DNA from: a virus
Virus record (IMG/VR): IMGVR_UViG_3300017917_002349
Location: 1-64,000 of that record
Direction: 5' to 3' (one strand)
DNA length: 64,000 nt
Part shown: in pieces, positions 7,757-17,581 of the stretch
Position numbering within the stretch: the stretch's first letter is position 1
Layout: each line of letters begins with the position of its first letter
Notes under the pieces: generated by a model
Seen by the model: only the letters and a program-made list of their open reading frames with translations
Told to the model about the DNA's origin: nothing
Databases searched by the model: none
Made by a program: the position numbers and the translations under genes

Positions 7757-9457
7757 ATGTCTTGGAAAAAATATTTTACACCCGTTAATTTAGATGGTCA
7801 AAAATCTTCTTATAGCCCAATAGGCAACGGAGGACGTCCGGGACCAGCGCGAGCTAATTACTCTAGTTTCTTGCCAGATGTTTATGCAGGTGCACCCAAT
7901 CGTGTAGAAAGGTATATGCAGTATGATACCATGGACATGGATTCGGAAGTGAATGCCGCACTAGATATCCTTACAGAATTCTGTACTCAAAAAGACAAAG
8001 AAAACTCTACAGCTTTTCACTTATTTTTTAGAGGCCAACCCACATCTACTGAGACCAAATTGTTAAAAGAAAGTCTACAGAAATGGAGCAAGCAGCAACA
8101 ATTTGAAACAAGGATTTTCCGAATCGTAAGAAATGCATTCAAATATGGAGACTGTTTTTTTGTCAAGGATCCCCAGACTTTAAAATGGTTGTTTGTAGAT
8201 GCGGCCAAAGTTACTAAAATTATTGTCAACGAATCAGAAGGCAAGATACCTGAGCAGTATGTGATTAAAGATATTAATTTTAATTTCAAAGACCTTATTG
8301 CAACCACCCCACATAATACAACGAATACTGCACCTAGCGGTACTAGTTCATACACCACAGGAGGAGGATTTGGCAGAGGTTTTGTAGGCGATGCTGCTCG
8401 TCCCCCCGGAACTAGATTTCAAAATGCCACTAACGAAGTTACAGTTGATGCAAAGAATATTGTACATATCAGCCTAAGCGAAGGCTTAGACAATAACTAT
8501 CCTTTTGGCAATAGTCTATTAGAATCAGTGTTCAAAGTCTACAAGCAGAAAGAACTGCTTGAAGATGCTATCATTATCTATCGTATACAACGTGCTCCTG
8601 AGCGTAGGATCTTCTATGTAGACGTCGGAAACATGCCTGCACACATGGCCATGGCATTTGTTGAGCGTGTGAAAAACGAAATACATCAACGTCGTATTCC
8701 TAGTTCAACAGGTGGTGGACAGAATATGGTTGATGCTAGTTACAATCCGCTGAGTGTCAGCGAAGATTATTTCTTTCCCCAGACAGCAGAAGGACGCGGA
8801 TCTAAAGTAGAAACACTACCCGGAGGAACAAATCTTGGCGAAATTACAGATCTGCGTTATTTTACTAACAAATTGTTTAGGGCTTTACGCATTCCTGCTT
8901 CATATCTTCCTACAGCGATAGACGAACAGGCCAATACTCTATCAGATGGTAAAGTGGGCACAGCCTATATACAAGAATTAAGATTCAACAAATACTGTGA
9001 AAGATTACAGTCTATGATAATCGAAACATTTGATCAAGAATTTAAATCATGGCTTGGTAATAACGGTGTTAACATAGATTATAGTCTTTTTGAATTAAAA
9101 TTCAATCCTGTACAGAACTTTGCAGCCTATCGTCAATCAGAACTCGACACAGCTAGGGCAGCAACATTTGCCCAGTTACAGGAAATAGCTCATCTCAGCA
9201 AGAGATTCGCCATGAAACGATTCCTAGGTCTAACTGAAGAAGAAATCAAAGAAAACGAACGCCTATGGAGAGAAGAAAATAGTTCTAATCTAAAACCATC
9301 ATTAGATGCTGCCAGTCAGATGAGAAGTATTGGTGTAAGTCCTGCTAGTATAGGCGCAGATGCTGCGACACAGACTGCCGAAGCTCCAATTGAAGCTCCG
9401 GAAGTAGGCGCTGAACCGGGTGCAGAAGCAGCACCAGCAGAACCTCCAGCTCAATAA
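7757..9457 (+). CDS. gp20: Portal protein
   Basis: LLEDAIIIYRIQRAPERRIFYVDVGNMP, EDYFFP..GRGSKVETLPGG.NLG, YF..KLFRALRIP: T4 gp20 signatures. Confidence 0.95.
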   Translation: MSWKKYFTPVNLDGQKSSYSPIGNGGRPGPARANYSSFLPDVYAGAPNRVERYMQYDTMDMDSEVNAALDILTEFCTQKDKENSTAFHLFFRGQPTSTETKLLKESLQKWSKQQQFETRIFRIVRNAFKYGDCFFVKDPQTLKWLFVDAAKVTKIIVNESEGKIPEQYVIKDINFNFKDLIATTPHNTTNTAPSGTSSYTTGGGFGRGFVGDAARPPGTRFQNATNEVTVDAKNIVHISLSEGLDNNYPFGNSLLESVFKVYKQKELLEDAIIIYRIQRAPERRIFYVDVGNMPAHMAMAFVERVKNEIHQRRIPSSTGGGQNMVDASYNPLSVSEDYFFPQTAEGRGSKVETLPGGTNLGEITDLRYFTNKLFRALRIPASYLPTAIDEQANTLSDGKVGTAYIQELRFNKYCERLQSMIIETFDQEFKSWLGNNGVNIDYSLFELKFNPVQNFAAYRQSELDTARAATFAQLQEIAHLSKRFAMKRFLGLTEEEIKENERLWREENSSNLKPSLDAASQMRSIGVSPASIGADAATQTAEAPIEAPEVGAEPGAEAAPAEPPAQ

Positions 9458-9467
9458 TAAATATAGT

Positions 9468-9716
9468 ATGCTTCTACTCGAATTCCTTTATTTCAACGAC
9501 AACAACAATGATTTTGCTGTAGATCGCCGATACGATAACAGCAAAGATATATCTGTGGTTGAAAAAAATGATACTAGAAAAATTCGCCTTACCCTTAGAC
9601 AGATTAATCAGCTAAGAATGCAGAGCGAAGCGCACGAGTATGAACGTGATTCAGAGCTGGAATTCGTTAAGCAAATGTACGGAACTCCAGTTGAAGCACA
9701 ACAACCAGCCGAATAA
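9468..9716 (+). CDS. Small hypothetical head-module protein
   Basis: Start reassigned to the ATG at 9468 (MLLLEFLYF), 4 nt after TAAATA at 9458-9463. Confidence 0.6.
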   Translation: MLLLEFLYFNDNNNDFAVDRRYDNSKDISVVEKNDTRKIRLTLRQINQLRMQSEAHEYERDSELEFVKQMYGTPVEAQQPAE

Positions 9717-10332
9717 CACTGCATTTGTCCTAGGTAACGGCACTAGTAGACTTCAATTAAATCATAAAAACCTTTTAGATAAAGGCACAGTCTATGCATG
9801 CAATGCCATGTATAGAGAATTTGAACCACATTATCTTATAGCTGTAGACGTGAAAATGGTCAACGAGATCATAGCCAGCGGGTACCACAAACGATGTTCT
9901 GTTTGGACAAATCCAAACAAGGGCGTTTCTAGTAAACATCACATAAACTTTTTTAATCCACACAAAGGTTGGAGTTCGGGTCCAACAGCATTATCTCTAG
10001 CCTGTGATCACGGACACAGAGAAATTTACATTTTTGGATTCGATTACGCAGGCATCAACGGCAGATTCAACAATGTATATGCCAACACATACAACTACAA
10101 AAAAAGCTCAGATCCCGCTACATTTCACGGAAATTGGCTAACTCAGACAGAGCGTACTATAAGAGATCATAGAGCAATTAGCTTTATACGGGTAATACCT
10201 CCCGATGCTTTTATTCCCGATCAATTAGGTCCGCATTTAATGAATCTTAAACACATGACCTATCAAGATTTTGAGAAAATTTATCCGGATTGTATTTACA
10301 AAACGGAAAATCTTCAAAAAACTACCATTTAA
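9640..10332 (+). CDS. Maf/DUF115/sialyltransferase-like (glycosyltransferase-like) protein
   Basis: AFVLGNGTSR, YACNAMY..F.P.YL.AVD, GWSSGPTAL.LA, IYIFGFDY. True start may be the TTG at 9691. Confidence 0.6.
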   Translation: MNVIQSWNSLSKCTELQLKHNNQPNNTAFVLGNGTSRLQLNHKNLLDKGTVYACNAMYREFEPHYLIAVDVKMVNEIIASGYHKRCSVWTNPNKGVSSKHHINFFNPHKGWSSGPTALSLACDHGHREIYIFGFDYAGINGRFNNVYANTYNYKKSSDPATFHGNWLTQTERTIRDHRAISFIRVIPPDAFIPDQLGPHLMNLKHMTYQDFEKIYPDCIYKTENLQKTTI

Positions 10333-10354
10333 CCCCTTTTTAACAAAAGTGTAG

Positions 10355-10360
10355 TAAATA
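10355..10360 (+). promoter_or_regulatory. Late promoter for the head core operon
   Basis: TAAATA upstream of the AGGAG RBS and ORF 10396. Confidence 0.55.
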
Positions 10361-10395
10361 ACTCACAGCCTAACCATCTTGAAGGAGAATACAAC

Positions 10396-11313
10396 ATGGC
10401 AGACAAATCATTGCTTGAGCAGATGCTCGAGAACCTGGTTAACGATAATCAGGCCAAAGCAGAAGAACTATTCCACGAATATGTGGTAGCAAAATCACGT
10501 GAAATCTATGAAGGTCTAATCGAAGCAGAAATGTCAGACGAAGACGAAGAAGTCGACGAAGCAGCAGAAGATGATGCAGAAGATGAAAAAGTAGATGAAG
10601 CAACAGATGACGAAGAAGTAGATGAAGAATTTGAAGACATCGCTATTGAAGCAGACGATGAAATGGGCGGTGATCCTACCGACGATCTAGAAAGCGAACT
10701 AAGCATGGGCGATGAAGAAGGTGAGGAAGAAGAAAAATCTGAAGAAGAACTATTCCAAGACCTAGATGCAATCGTAGACGAACTACAAGCTAAATTTGAT
10801 GAACTTAAAGGCCACGAAGAAGGTGAGCACGAAATGGACGGCGAAACCGGCGAAGAAGAAATGGAAGCCATCGACGATCTCGAAACTGTACGCGAGTATG
10901 TAGAAAAAGTCGCAGGCGGTCACGGTGCTGAGAAAAAAGGTGCAGGCGAAGGTGCTCTAGTAGGTACTGGTAAACTAGGTCAAGGCTCGTCAACAAATGC
11001 TAAGAGCATTGTAGCTGGCAAGAACGACATGGGCGGTACTGCTGCTAATATCCTAAGCGGACGTAATGGTGCAGATGCTGGTACAGTCGGTGCAGGCAGT
11101 AAAATTAAAGGATCTGCTCTAAACGATCAGAATCCAAAAGATATTAATTCAGGAAACATTAATGTTCCAGGCGGTAAGGCAGGTTCTGCTTTCTCTAAGA
11201 AAGAGCCAGGACATGGCGCTGAAAAGAAAGGCGAAGCAGAAGGCAAGTTTTCTGGAGCAGGCGGCAGTGCAGGCAAGACTGACACCGCAAGTCTTTTCCG
11301 TGGTCGTAGATAA
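10396..11313 (+). CDS. Acidic prohead core/scaffold-associated protein (gp67/68-like position)
   Basis: Extremely D/E-rich N-half, repeated GHGAEKKG in the C-half; located between portal and protease. Confidence 0.6.
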   Translation: MADKSLLEQMLENLVNDNQAKAEELFHEYVVAKSREIYEGLIEAEMSDEDEEVDEAAEDDAEDEKVDEATDDEEVDEEFEDIAIEADDEMGGDPTDDLESELSMGDEEGEEEEKSEEELFQDLDAIVDELQAKFDELKGHEEGEHEMDGETGEEEMEAIDDLETVREYVEKVAGGHGAEKKGAGEGALVGTGKLGQGSSTNAKSIVAGKNDMGGTAANILSGRNGADAGTVGAGSKIKGSALNDQNPKDINSGNINVPGGKAGSAFSKKEPGHGAEKKGEAEGKFSGAGGSAGKTDTASLFRGRR

Positions 11314-11326
11314 TAGGACTTAAACG

Positions 11327-11953
11327 GTGAAAAACTACCTATCAGAACATTTGAGTTTCGACCAGGCCAAGATTGTATTAGAGAGCGAAGGCGAAGGCGA
11401 TAAAAAATCGCTGCATCTGAACGGTATCTGCATCCAAGGAGATATCCGTAATCAGAACCAGCGTGTTTATTCTTCTCAAGAAATTGGCAAGGCTGTCAAA
11501 ACGCTCAATGAACAGATCGCTGGAGGATACTCCGTTCTAGGAGAAGTTGATCACCCGCAGGATTTGAAAATCAATCTCGATCGTGTAAGTCACATGATCA
11601 CAAAGATGTGGATGGACGGTCCTAACGGCTACGGAAAACTAAAAATCCTCCCGACACCAATGGGCAAGTTAATTGAAACTATGCTCACGTCGGGAGTAAA
11701 ATTGGGTGTAAGCAGCAGAGGTTCCGGTGAAGTGGATAATAGTGGTAATGTTCAAGGTTTTGAAATTATCACAGTCGACGTAGTAGCACAACCTTCCGCC
11801 CCGGGAGCATACCCAACACCAGTTTATGAACACCTTATGAATAACACAGGTGGATACAAGGCATTTAAAATAGCACAAGAAGTTCAAGGCGATCCAAAGG
11901 CTCAGAAATACTTAGCAGAGAATCTGGTGAACATCATCAGAAAACTCAAATAA
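11327..11953 (+). CDS. gp21: Prohead core protease
   Basis: GICIQGDIRNQNQRVY, LGEVDHP, RVSHMI, LGVSSRGSG, VDVVAQPSAPGAY; GTG start. Confidence 0.95.
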   Translation: MKNYLSEHLSFDQAKIVLESEGEGDKKSLHLNGICIQGDIRNQNQRVYSSQEIGKAVKTLNEQIAGGYSVLGEVDHPQDLKINLDRVSHMITKMWMDGPNGYGKLKILPTPMGKLIETMLTSGVKLGVSSRGSGEVDNSGNVQGFEIITVDVVAQPSAPGAYPTPVYEHLMNNTGGYKAFKIAQEVQGDPKAQKYLAENLVNIIRKLK

Positions 11954-11970
11954 CCAAGTAGGAGAATCAC

Positions 11971-13059
11971 ATGCTAGATATCGTAAAACAACTGTTTGAG
12001 AACAATGTGATTTCCGAAGAAATCAAATCGGAAATTGAATCCGCTTGGCAGGCTAAAATCCAAGAAAATCGTGACCAATTAACGTCACAACTACGTGAAG
12101 AATTTGCACAGAAATATGAGCACGACAAGACAGCAATGATTGATGCTGTAGAAGGAATGTTAGCAGACCGACTACAAGCTGAATTATCAGAACTAGCTGA
12201 AGATCGTCAAAGTCTTATTGATGCAAGAGCTCGTTATGCAGAAAAGATTTCTAAGGACTCAAATGTATTAGAGTCTTTTATTATGAAAAATCTACATAAA
12301 GAACTCAGCGAATTACACGACGACCGCAAATCAGTAGCAGGAAATGTTGCAAAATTAGAATCTTTTATCGTGGATACACTAGCGAAGGAAATCGCAGAAT
12401 TCCACGCAGATAAAAAAGACCTAGCCGAAACTAAAGTACGCCTAGTACGTGAAAGCAAGGCTAAGTTTGAAGAAATCAAGAAAGATTTTATCTCACGTTC
12501 AGCTAAGATCATCGAAGAAACAGTGTCGAAAGGCCTGAAGTCTGAAATGACACAGCTACGTGAAGACATTGATGCTGCTCGTAAAAATGATTTTGGTCGT
12601 AGGATTTTTGAAAGCTTCGCCAGCGAATATGCTGCTAGCCATCTAAATGAAAAATCTGAAACAGCAAAACTATTACAAATAGTTGCTACTAAAGAAGCTG
12701 AATTAGAAGAAGCAGCAAAAGTTGTTGCAGAAACACAAAAATTAGTTGAAAGTCGTGATGCAGAACTACGCATTGCCAAAGATACAGCTACTCGCAAAGA
12801 AGTTATGAGCGAATTGCTAGGACCTTTATCGGGCGACAAGCGTACAGTAATGAAAGAATTACTAGAATCTGTACAGACTGAAAAACTACACAATGCTTTT
12901 GACAAGTACTTGCCAGCTGTAATGGATGGCGGTGTACCGGCAAAGAAAGCACTCACAGAGGCAAAAGAAATTACAGGCGACAAGCAGGCACAACACATCA
13001 GCGAAGAAAAAACCGCTGAAATTTTTGACATCCGCAGGCTTGCGGGACTAAAAGTTTAA
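11971..13059 (+). CDS. gp22: Major prohead scaffolding protein
   Basis: Coiled-coil E/K-rich protein of 362 aa between protease and major capsid. Confidence 0.8.
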   Translation: MLDIVKQLFENNVISEEIKSEIESAWQAKIQENRDQLTSQLREEFAQKYEHDKTAMIDAVEGMLADRLQAELSELAEDRQSLIDARARYAEKISKDSNVLESFIMKNLHKELSELHDDRKSVAGNVAKLESFIVDTLAKEIAEFHADKKDLAETKVRLVRESKAKFEEIKKDFISRSAKIIEETVSKGLKSEMTQLREDIDAARKNDFGRRIFESFASEYAASHLNEKSETAKLLQIVATKEAELEEAAKVVAETQKLVESRDAELRIAKDTATRKEVMSELLGPLSGDKRTVMKELLESVQTEKLHNAFDKYLPAVMDGGVPAKKALTEAKEITGDKQAQHISEEKTAEIFDIRRLAGLKV

Positions 13060-13070
13060 GGAGAACTATA

Positions 13071-14243
13071 ATGTCACAACTACTCGAGTCACGCTGGTCG
13101 GAGACTAAAGAGGCACTATTAGAAGGCCTACAAGGTAACAAGCGTTCAGTTATGGCAGCTACTCTAGAAAATACTCGCAAGTATTTGGCAGAGTCTGCCA
13201 CTGCTGGTGCTACTTCCGCCGGTAACGTTGCAACCCTAAATCGTGTGATCCTTCCAGTGATCAGACGTGTAATGCCAACAGTCATTGCTAATGAACTAGT
13301 TGGTGTACAGCCTATGACAGGCCCAGTTGGTCAAATCCATACTCTACGTGTTCGCTATTCAGATGCGTTCACAGGTAGCGCAGGTGGATCTGCGTCTGCT
13401 GGTGAAGAGGCACTAAGCCCATTCAAGATTGCTGAAGGCTATTCTGGTAACGCCAATGGCAAAGCTGATGCGACAGCTGCCAAAGAAGGCGCTGCTGGTA
13501 ACAGACTAAGCATTCAAATCTTGAAACAAACAGTTGAAGCTAAGACACGTAAATTGTCTGCTCGCTGGACATTTGAAGCAGCTCAAGATGCACAAGCCCA
13601 ACAAGGCATTGACATCGAAGCTGAAATCATGGCAGCTCTTGCTCAAGAAATCACAGCTGAAATCGACCAAGAAGTTCTACGTAGCCTAGCTACATTGGCT
13701 TCTGGTGCAGGTAACACTGTAGCATTTGATCAAACAGCAGTTTCTGGTACAGCTACATTCGTTGGTGACGAGCATGCTGCTTTAGCAGTTGCTATCAACC
13801 GTGTTGCAAACACAATCGCTCAGCGCACACGTCGTGGTGCTGGTAACTGGGCAGTTGTAAGTCCAACAGCATTGACAATCCTTCAAAGCGCAACAACTTC
13901 TGCGTTCGCAAGAACAACAGAAGGTACATTCGAAGCACCTACAAACACCAAGTTTGTTGGTACATTGAACAGCGCAATGAAAGTATATGTTAACACATAT
14001 GCTGATGACGACACAGTTCTAGTTGGCTACAAAGGTTCTAGCGAATCTGATGCAGCAGCATTCTACTGCCCATACATTCCATTGATGAGCAGCGGTGTTG
14101 TTCTAGATCCTAGCACATTTGAGCCAGTAGTCAGCTTTATGACACGTTACGGATATGTTGAGTTGACAAACACAGCATCATCTCTAGGTAACGCTGCTGA
14201 CTATCTAGGTCGTGTAACTGTTGCTAACGCATCATTTACCTAA
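13071..14243 (+). CDS. gp23: Major capsid protein
   Basis: GVQPMTGPVGQI, VEAKTRKL.ARWT.E.AQD, EITAEID, FYCPYIPL, TRYG; likely L-A-E cleavage site near residue 42. Confidence 0.97.
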   Translation: MSQLLESRWSETKEALLEGLQGNKRSVMAATLENTRKYLAESATAGATSAGNVATLNRVILPVIRRVMPTVIANELVGVQPMTGPVGQIHTLRVRYSDAFTGSAGGSASAGEEALSPFKIAEGYSGNANGKADATAAKEGAAGNRLSIQILKQTVEAKTRKLSARWTFEAAQDAQAQQGIDIEAEIMAALAQEITAEIDQEVLRSLATLASGAGNTVAFDQTAVSGTATFVGDEHAALAVAINRVANTIAQRTRRGAGNWAVVSPTALTILQSATTSAFARTTEGTFEAPTNTKFVGTLNSAMKVYVNTYADDDTVLVGYKGSSESDAAAFYCPYIPLMSSGVVLDPSTFEPVVSFMTRYGYVELTNTASSLGNAADYLGRVTVANASFT

Positions 14244-14270
14244 TCAAAGGTATACACTTTCAAGTGTTTC

Positions 14271-14294
14271 AAAAAGGCTCTTCGGAGCCTTTTT
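14271..14294 (+). terminator. Rho-independent terminator after gp23
   Basis: AGGCTC-TTCG-GAGCCT followed by a T-tract. Confidence 0.85.
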
Positions 14295-14313
14295 GTTTGG
14301 CTTAAATATCAAG

Positions 14314-14580
14314 ATGAAAATAGAAAGCGATCAAGATTTTCCTGAACTACGTCGACAATTTTTTGTATGGCGTAAACGCTTTCCTATGTTTAAACATGAT
14401 GTTGATCGTATAGAAAGAATCATCGAAAATCATATTCAAAATTACAGTATAGCATTGGTACATTACAGACAACGCCATAGCACAAACTATCTAGAAGTTG
14501 CGCAGCGAGAAATAGAAGAAATCAATAGAGTTATTTCTACTGTGGAAAAAATTGAGCTCATGGCTATGCTGAGCAAATAG
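14314..14580 (+). CDS. Hypothetical protein
   Basis: Start reassigned to the ATG at 14314 (MKIESDQ), 5 nt after TAAATA at 14303-14308. Confidence 0.6.
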   Translation: MKIESDQDFPELRRQFFVWRKRFPMFKHDVDRIERIIENHIQNYSIALVHYRQRHSTNYLEVAQREIEEINRVISTVEKIELMAMLSK

Positions 14581-14581
14581 T

Positions 14582-15250
14582 ATGAAATCATTTCACATAA
14601 TCTTGCAAGATCATAAATTAGGACAAGAACTAGGTAAAAAAAATATCAATATTGCAAAATCCTTCGGAATAGATGCACATGTTTTTGATGCTATACCAGG
14701 AAATGATTGCCTTTATCTTTTTAAACAGCATAAGGTTAGACCCATGCAAACAAAAAAAATAGGGCATTTGGGCTGCTTTATGAGTCATTTTCTTTTATGG
14801 AAAAAATGCATAGAATTAAACGAAGCTATTGTTATATTAGAACACGATGGTGTATTTTTAAGACCTTTACCCAACGACATTGAAAATAATTTCACAGATA
14901 TCTGCAGACTAGATTCTTGCATTTTTTGGAAAGACAGCTATGAAGCAGATTTAGAAAAATGCATAAACATTCCAATAGAATATTTTAAACCTGAAACTGT
15001 GTACAAAGAAAAGGGGTTTGGTAATTTTTATATAGGACAATATGGATATTTGATTAAACCTGCTGCGGCAGAAAAATTAGTAGTTCGAGCTAAAAAAATA
15101 GGTGCCCACGCAGTAGACATGTTTATATGTACAGATGCTGTAGACATAATATCAGTAACCTCATCTATAGTTAGATTAGATTCTTATTATGCTGATAAGG
15201 GCATCTCAGCAAGCACAACTGACAATTTTAATAAAAACATCAACAGATAA
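14582..15250 (+). CDS. Glycosyltransferase family 25 (LPS/LOS galactosyltransferase-like)
   Basis: FDAIPG, GHLGCFMSHFLLWKKC, IVILEHDG, GYLIKP.AA.KL, AVD; noticeably AT-rich. Confidence 0.8.
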   Translation: MKSFHIILQDHKLGQELGKKNINIAKSFGIDAHVFDAIPGNDCLYLFKQHKVRPMQTKKIGHLGCFMSHFLLWKKCIELNEAIVILEHDGVFLRPLPNDIENNFTDICRLDSCIFWKDSYEADLEKCINIPIEYFKPETVYKEKGFGNFYIGQYGYLIKPAAAEKLVVRAKKIGAHAVDMFICTDAVDIISVTSSIVRLDSYYADKGISASTTDNFNKNINR

Positions 15251-15318
15251 ATAAAGTATCTAGAAGATTGTGTGGCGCCACCATGCAGACCTAGAACGTC
15301 ACTCAAAGGAGAAATCAA

Positions 15319-15693
15319 ATGGCAAATAAGTTACCCAAGCGACTTTTTGGACCTGTCGGTCTAACAGCACCAAATATTCCTATCAGATTCAAATCTGGAG
15401 GTTCTGTAGCAGAAGGCTACATTAGCAAACAAGTAGGCGCAAGAAGATTTAAGTGCCTAGCATCAGTTCCATCGTCACCACCTTCGCCAGCAGTAACATG
15501 TAAGATCGTACAGGGCACAAACATGGACCCAGTTAACGATGGAGAAATGACAATTATTGGATTGTTAAACGGATCTCCTCGCGCTCTTAAAAAGATAAAT
15601 TTTAGAACAGCGGCAGATTTTTCTGGAAACAGATATAAGTGGACATTGCAAGACGATTCAACAGCAACACTACTTATTTTAACAGCTATCTAA
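15319..15693 (+). CDS. Hypothetical virion protein
   Basis: 124 aa; AGGAG RBS; TAAATA at 15248-15253. Confidence 0.6.
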   Translation: MANKLPKRLFGPVGLTAPNIPIRFKSGGSVAEGYISKQVGARRFKCLASVPSSPPSPAVTCKIVQGTNMDPVNDGEMTIIGLLNGSPRALKKINFRTAADFSGNRYKWTLQDDSTATLLILTAI

Positions 15694-15710
15694 ACACTTA
15701 GGATTTCAGC

Positions 15711-16697
15711 ATGGGACAGTATTTTCAAGTTAACGGCGATTATAATATCAAAACCAGCGAAGGTGCCGATATTAAACTCGACACCGGACCCGGTGTCGGT
15801 AGAACAATCGTAACCGGTAATTTGGTAGTAGAAGGTGATACAACCACTATCTCAGCTGAAAATCTAGCTATTAAAGATAACATAATTGTTTTAAATGATG
15901 GTGAAACAGGTGCTGGAGTGACTCTACGTTACTCCGGCATTCAAATTGATCGAGGTACAGAAGAAGATGTACTTTTTGTTTGGGACGAAGATGACAACAC
16001 ATGGAATCTTAAACAAGGTGCAGGCTATAATAACAGCAGACTGAGAGTCAAAGAAATTCTAACCAATGCAGATACAGACAGCGGTGACCTAATACTAATT
16101 GGTACCGGTACAGGTGTTGTTAAAGTTGCGGGTACACTAAATTACGAATTAAATGTCACAGACGACGACGATATTCCCAATAAGCGATACGTTGACACAG
16201 CTATTCAAACTAATCCAACATTCCAGATTGTTAGAGACAATACTAGAGTAGCGGCTTTTGATTCTAACTTGCCCGCCAGCGGATTATTTCCAATAGGCCC
16301 ATATGCGGTACAACCATTAGAGAGTCAAGTATCGGTCGTGGTCGAAAACAATATCGTTACAGAATTTTTTTACAACAGAGTGCAGTTTGGTGGACTTACT
16401 CTGTATACAGAAGATCCAACACCTTTCAATCCATTGATTCCAGACGCAGCAGTTATTCAGACAAGAAATACTAATGCTAATATTAAATTTGAAACCAATG
16501 GTACAGGCAAAGTAGAAGTGACCTATGCCCTACAACTTGACAATCTTGGTACGGTACCCGCATCAACCAGTGTGGGAAGTTTATTGTACGGAAATACTGC
16601 AGGAGTAGGTACAACAGGACTGTACTTTGTTAATACAACCAAGTCAGACGAACTTATCAGCAAGAGCAAAGCTCTTGTTTTTAGTATGATATTTTAA
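15711..16697 (+). CDS. Virion structural/fibre-like protein
   Basis: GNLVVEGDTTTI..ENL.IKDNIIVLN.GE..AG and SGIQIDRG, typical of T4-like fibre shafts. Confidence 0.65.
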   Translation: MGQYFQVNGDYNIKTSEGADIKLDTGPGVGRTIVTGNLVVEGDTTTISAENLAIKDNIIVLNDGETGAGVTLRYSGIQIDRGTEEDVLFVWDEDDNTWNLKQGAGYNNSRLRVKEILTNADTDSGDLILIGTGTGVVKVAGTLNYELNVTDDDDIPNKRYVDTAIQTNPTFQIVRDNTRVAAFDSNLPASGLFPIGPYAVQPLESQVSVVVENNIVTEFFYNRVQFGGLTLYTEDPTPFNPLIPDAAVIQTRNTNANIKFETNGTGKVEVTYALQLDNLGTVPASTSVGSLLYGNTAGVGTTGLYFVNTTKSDELISKSKALVFSMIF

Positions 16698-16706
16698 GAG
16701 AAAAAC

Positions 16707-17075
16707 ATGATATACAGCACAAGACTAACAACCACAGGTGACACACTAGTTTATACTAGTACAACCACAGGAGCAGCCATTGGTCCTGGCGTATCTGGTC
16801 AAACCAATGCTGTAACATCTATCATTATTTGTAATACAGGAGCACCAAATCTTACAGACGAAACAATCAATGCTGCAAATTTAACACTAAACCTAGTTTT
16901 GAGCGGCGGTGTTAGTACAGATACCAACACTATAGTGAAAAATTTAACAATACCTGCAGGTGAAACTGTATTTTTCAGCGACGAAAGAATCGTATTAAAC
17001 GCAGGTGATCAAATCCGTGCCACTTCAAGTGCAGCTAATTTGTTGAGTGTAACAGTGAGTTCATTACCGGTATGA
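16707..17075 (+). CDS. Small beta-rich virion protein (paralog of 19884 and 34484)
   Basis: T.VY...AVTSIIICN...IPAGET....RIVL.AGD.I pattern shared with the two paralogs. Confidence 0.6.
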   Translation: MIYSTRLTTTGDTLVYTSTTTGAAIGPGVSGQTNAVTSIIICNTGAPNLTDETINAANLTLNLVLSGGVSTDTNTIVKNLTIPAGETVFFSDERIVLNAGDQIRATSSAANLLSVTVSSLPV

Positions 17076-17572
17076 GATTCCTAAAACAAAAAACTATCAG
17101 CAAATACAGTCCCAGTGATAACACTCTGTTTACCAACCACTATGGCAGAGCTGTAATGGATTTAACCGGCGGTCTAAGACTACCAAAAGGATCAACCAGC
17201 CAAAGACCACAACTTAGCGGAGTAAGAAATCCTAATGGGGCCAACGGTTTTATCAGGTACAACACTACAACAAATTCTATAGAAGCTTACATAGACGGTG
17301 TATGGGAAGTCGTAAGAGCACCTGGAGCCACTACTATTACTAAACAAACACTCACAGGTGCAGACGGCATTGAAACTACTTTTGGTCCTCTGAGTCAAAT
17401 TCCAAGTTCTGAAAATAATATTTTGGTCTTTGTAGAAAACGTTTTCCAAATATCTGACACAAACTTTAACCTAGTAGACAACTATTTAGGTTCAGGACAA
17501 ACTTACATTGTTTTCACAAGTGCTGTTCCTCTAGGCAAAGATATCACAGTCTATTACGGATTTGCCAACTAA
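17072..17572 (+). CDS. Virion structural protein (baseplate/fibre adaptor-like)
   Basis: LPKGSTSQRP..G.IRYNTT..IE.Y.DG.W motif and ILVFVENVFQ. Confidence 0.6.
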   Translation: MRFLKQKTISKYSPSDNTLFTNHYGRAVMDLTGGLRLPKGSTSQRPQLSGVRNPNGANGFIRYNTTTNSIEAYIDGVWEVVRAPGATTITKQTLTGADGIETTFGPLSQIPSSENNILVFVENVFQISDTNFNLVDNYLGSGQTYIVFTSAVPLGKDITVYYGFAN

Positions 17573-17581
17573 GGAGAAAGC

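Noticed and set aside
12234-13031. 265 aa antisense ORF, and the many other short antisense/overlapping ORFs in the track
   Set aside because: Shadows of codon-biased real genes on the opposite strand or frame; no independent signals.
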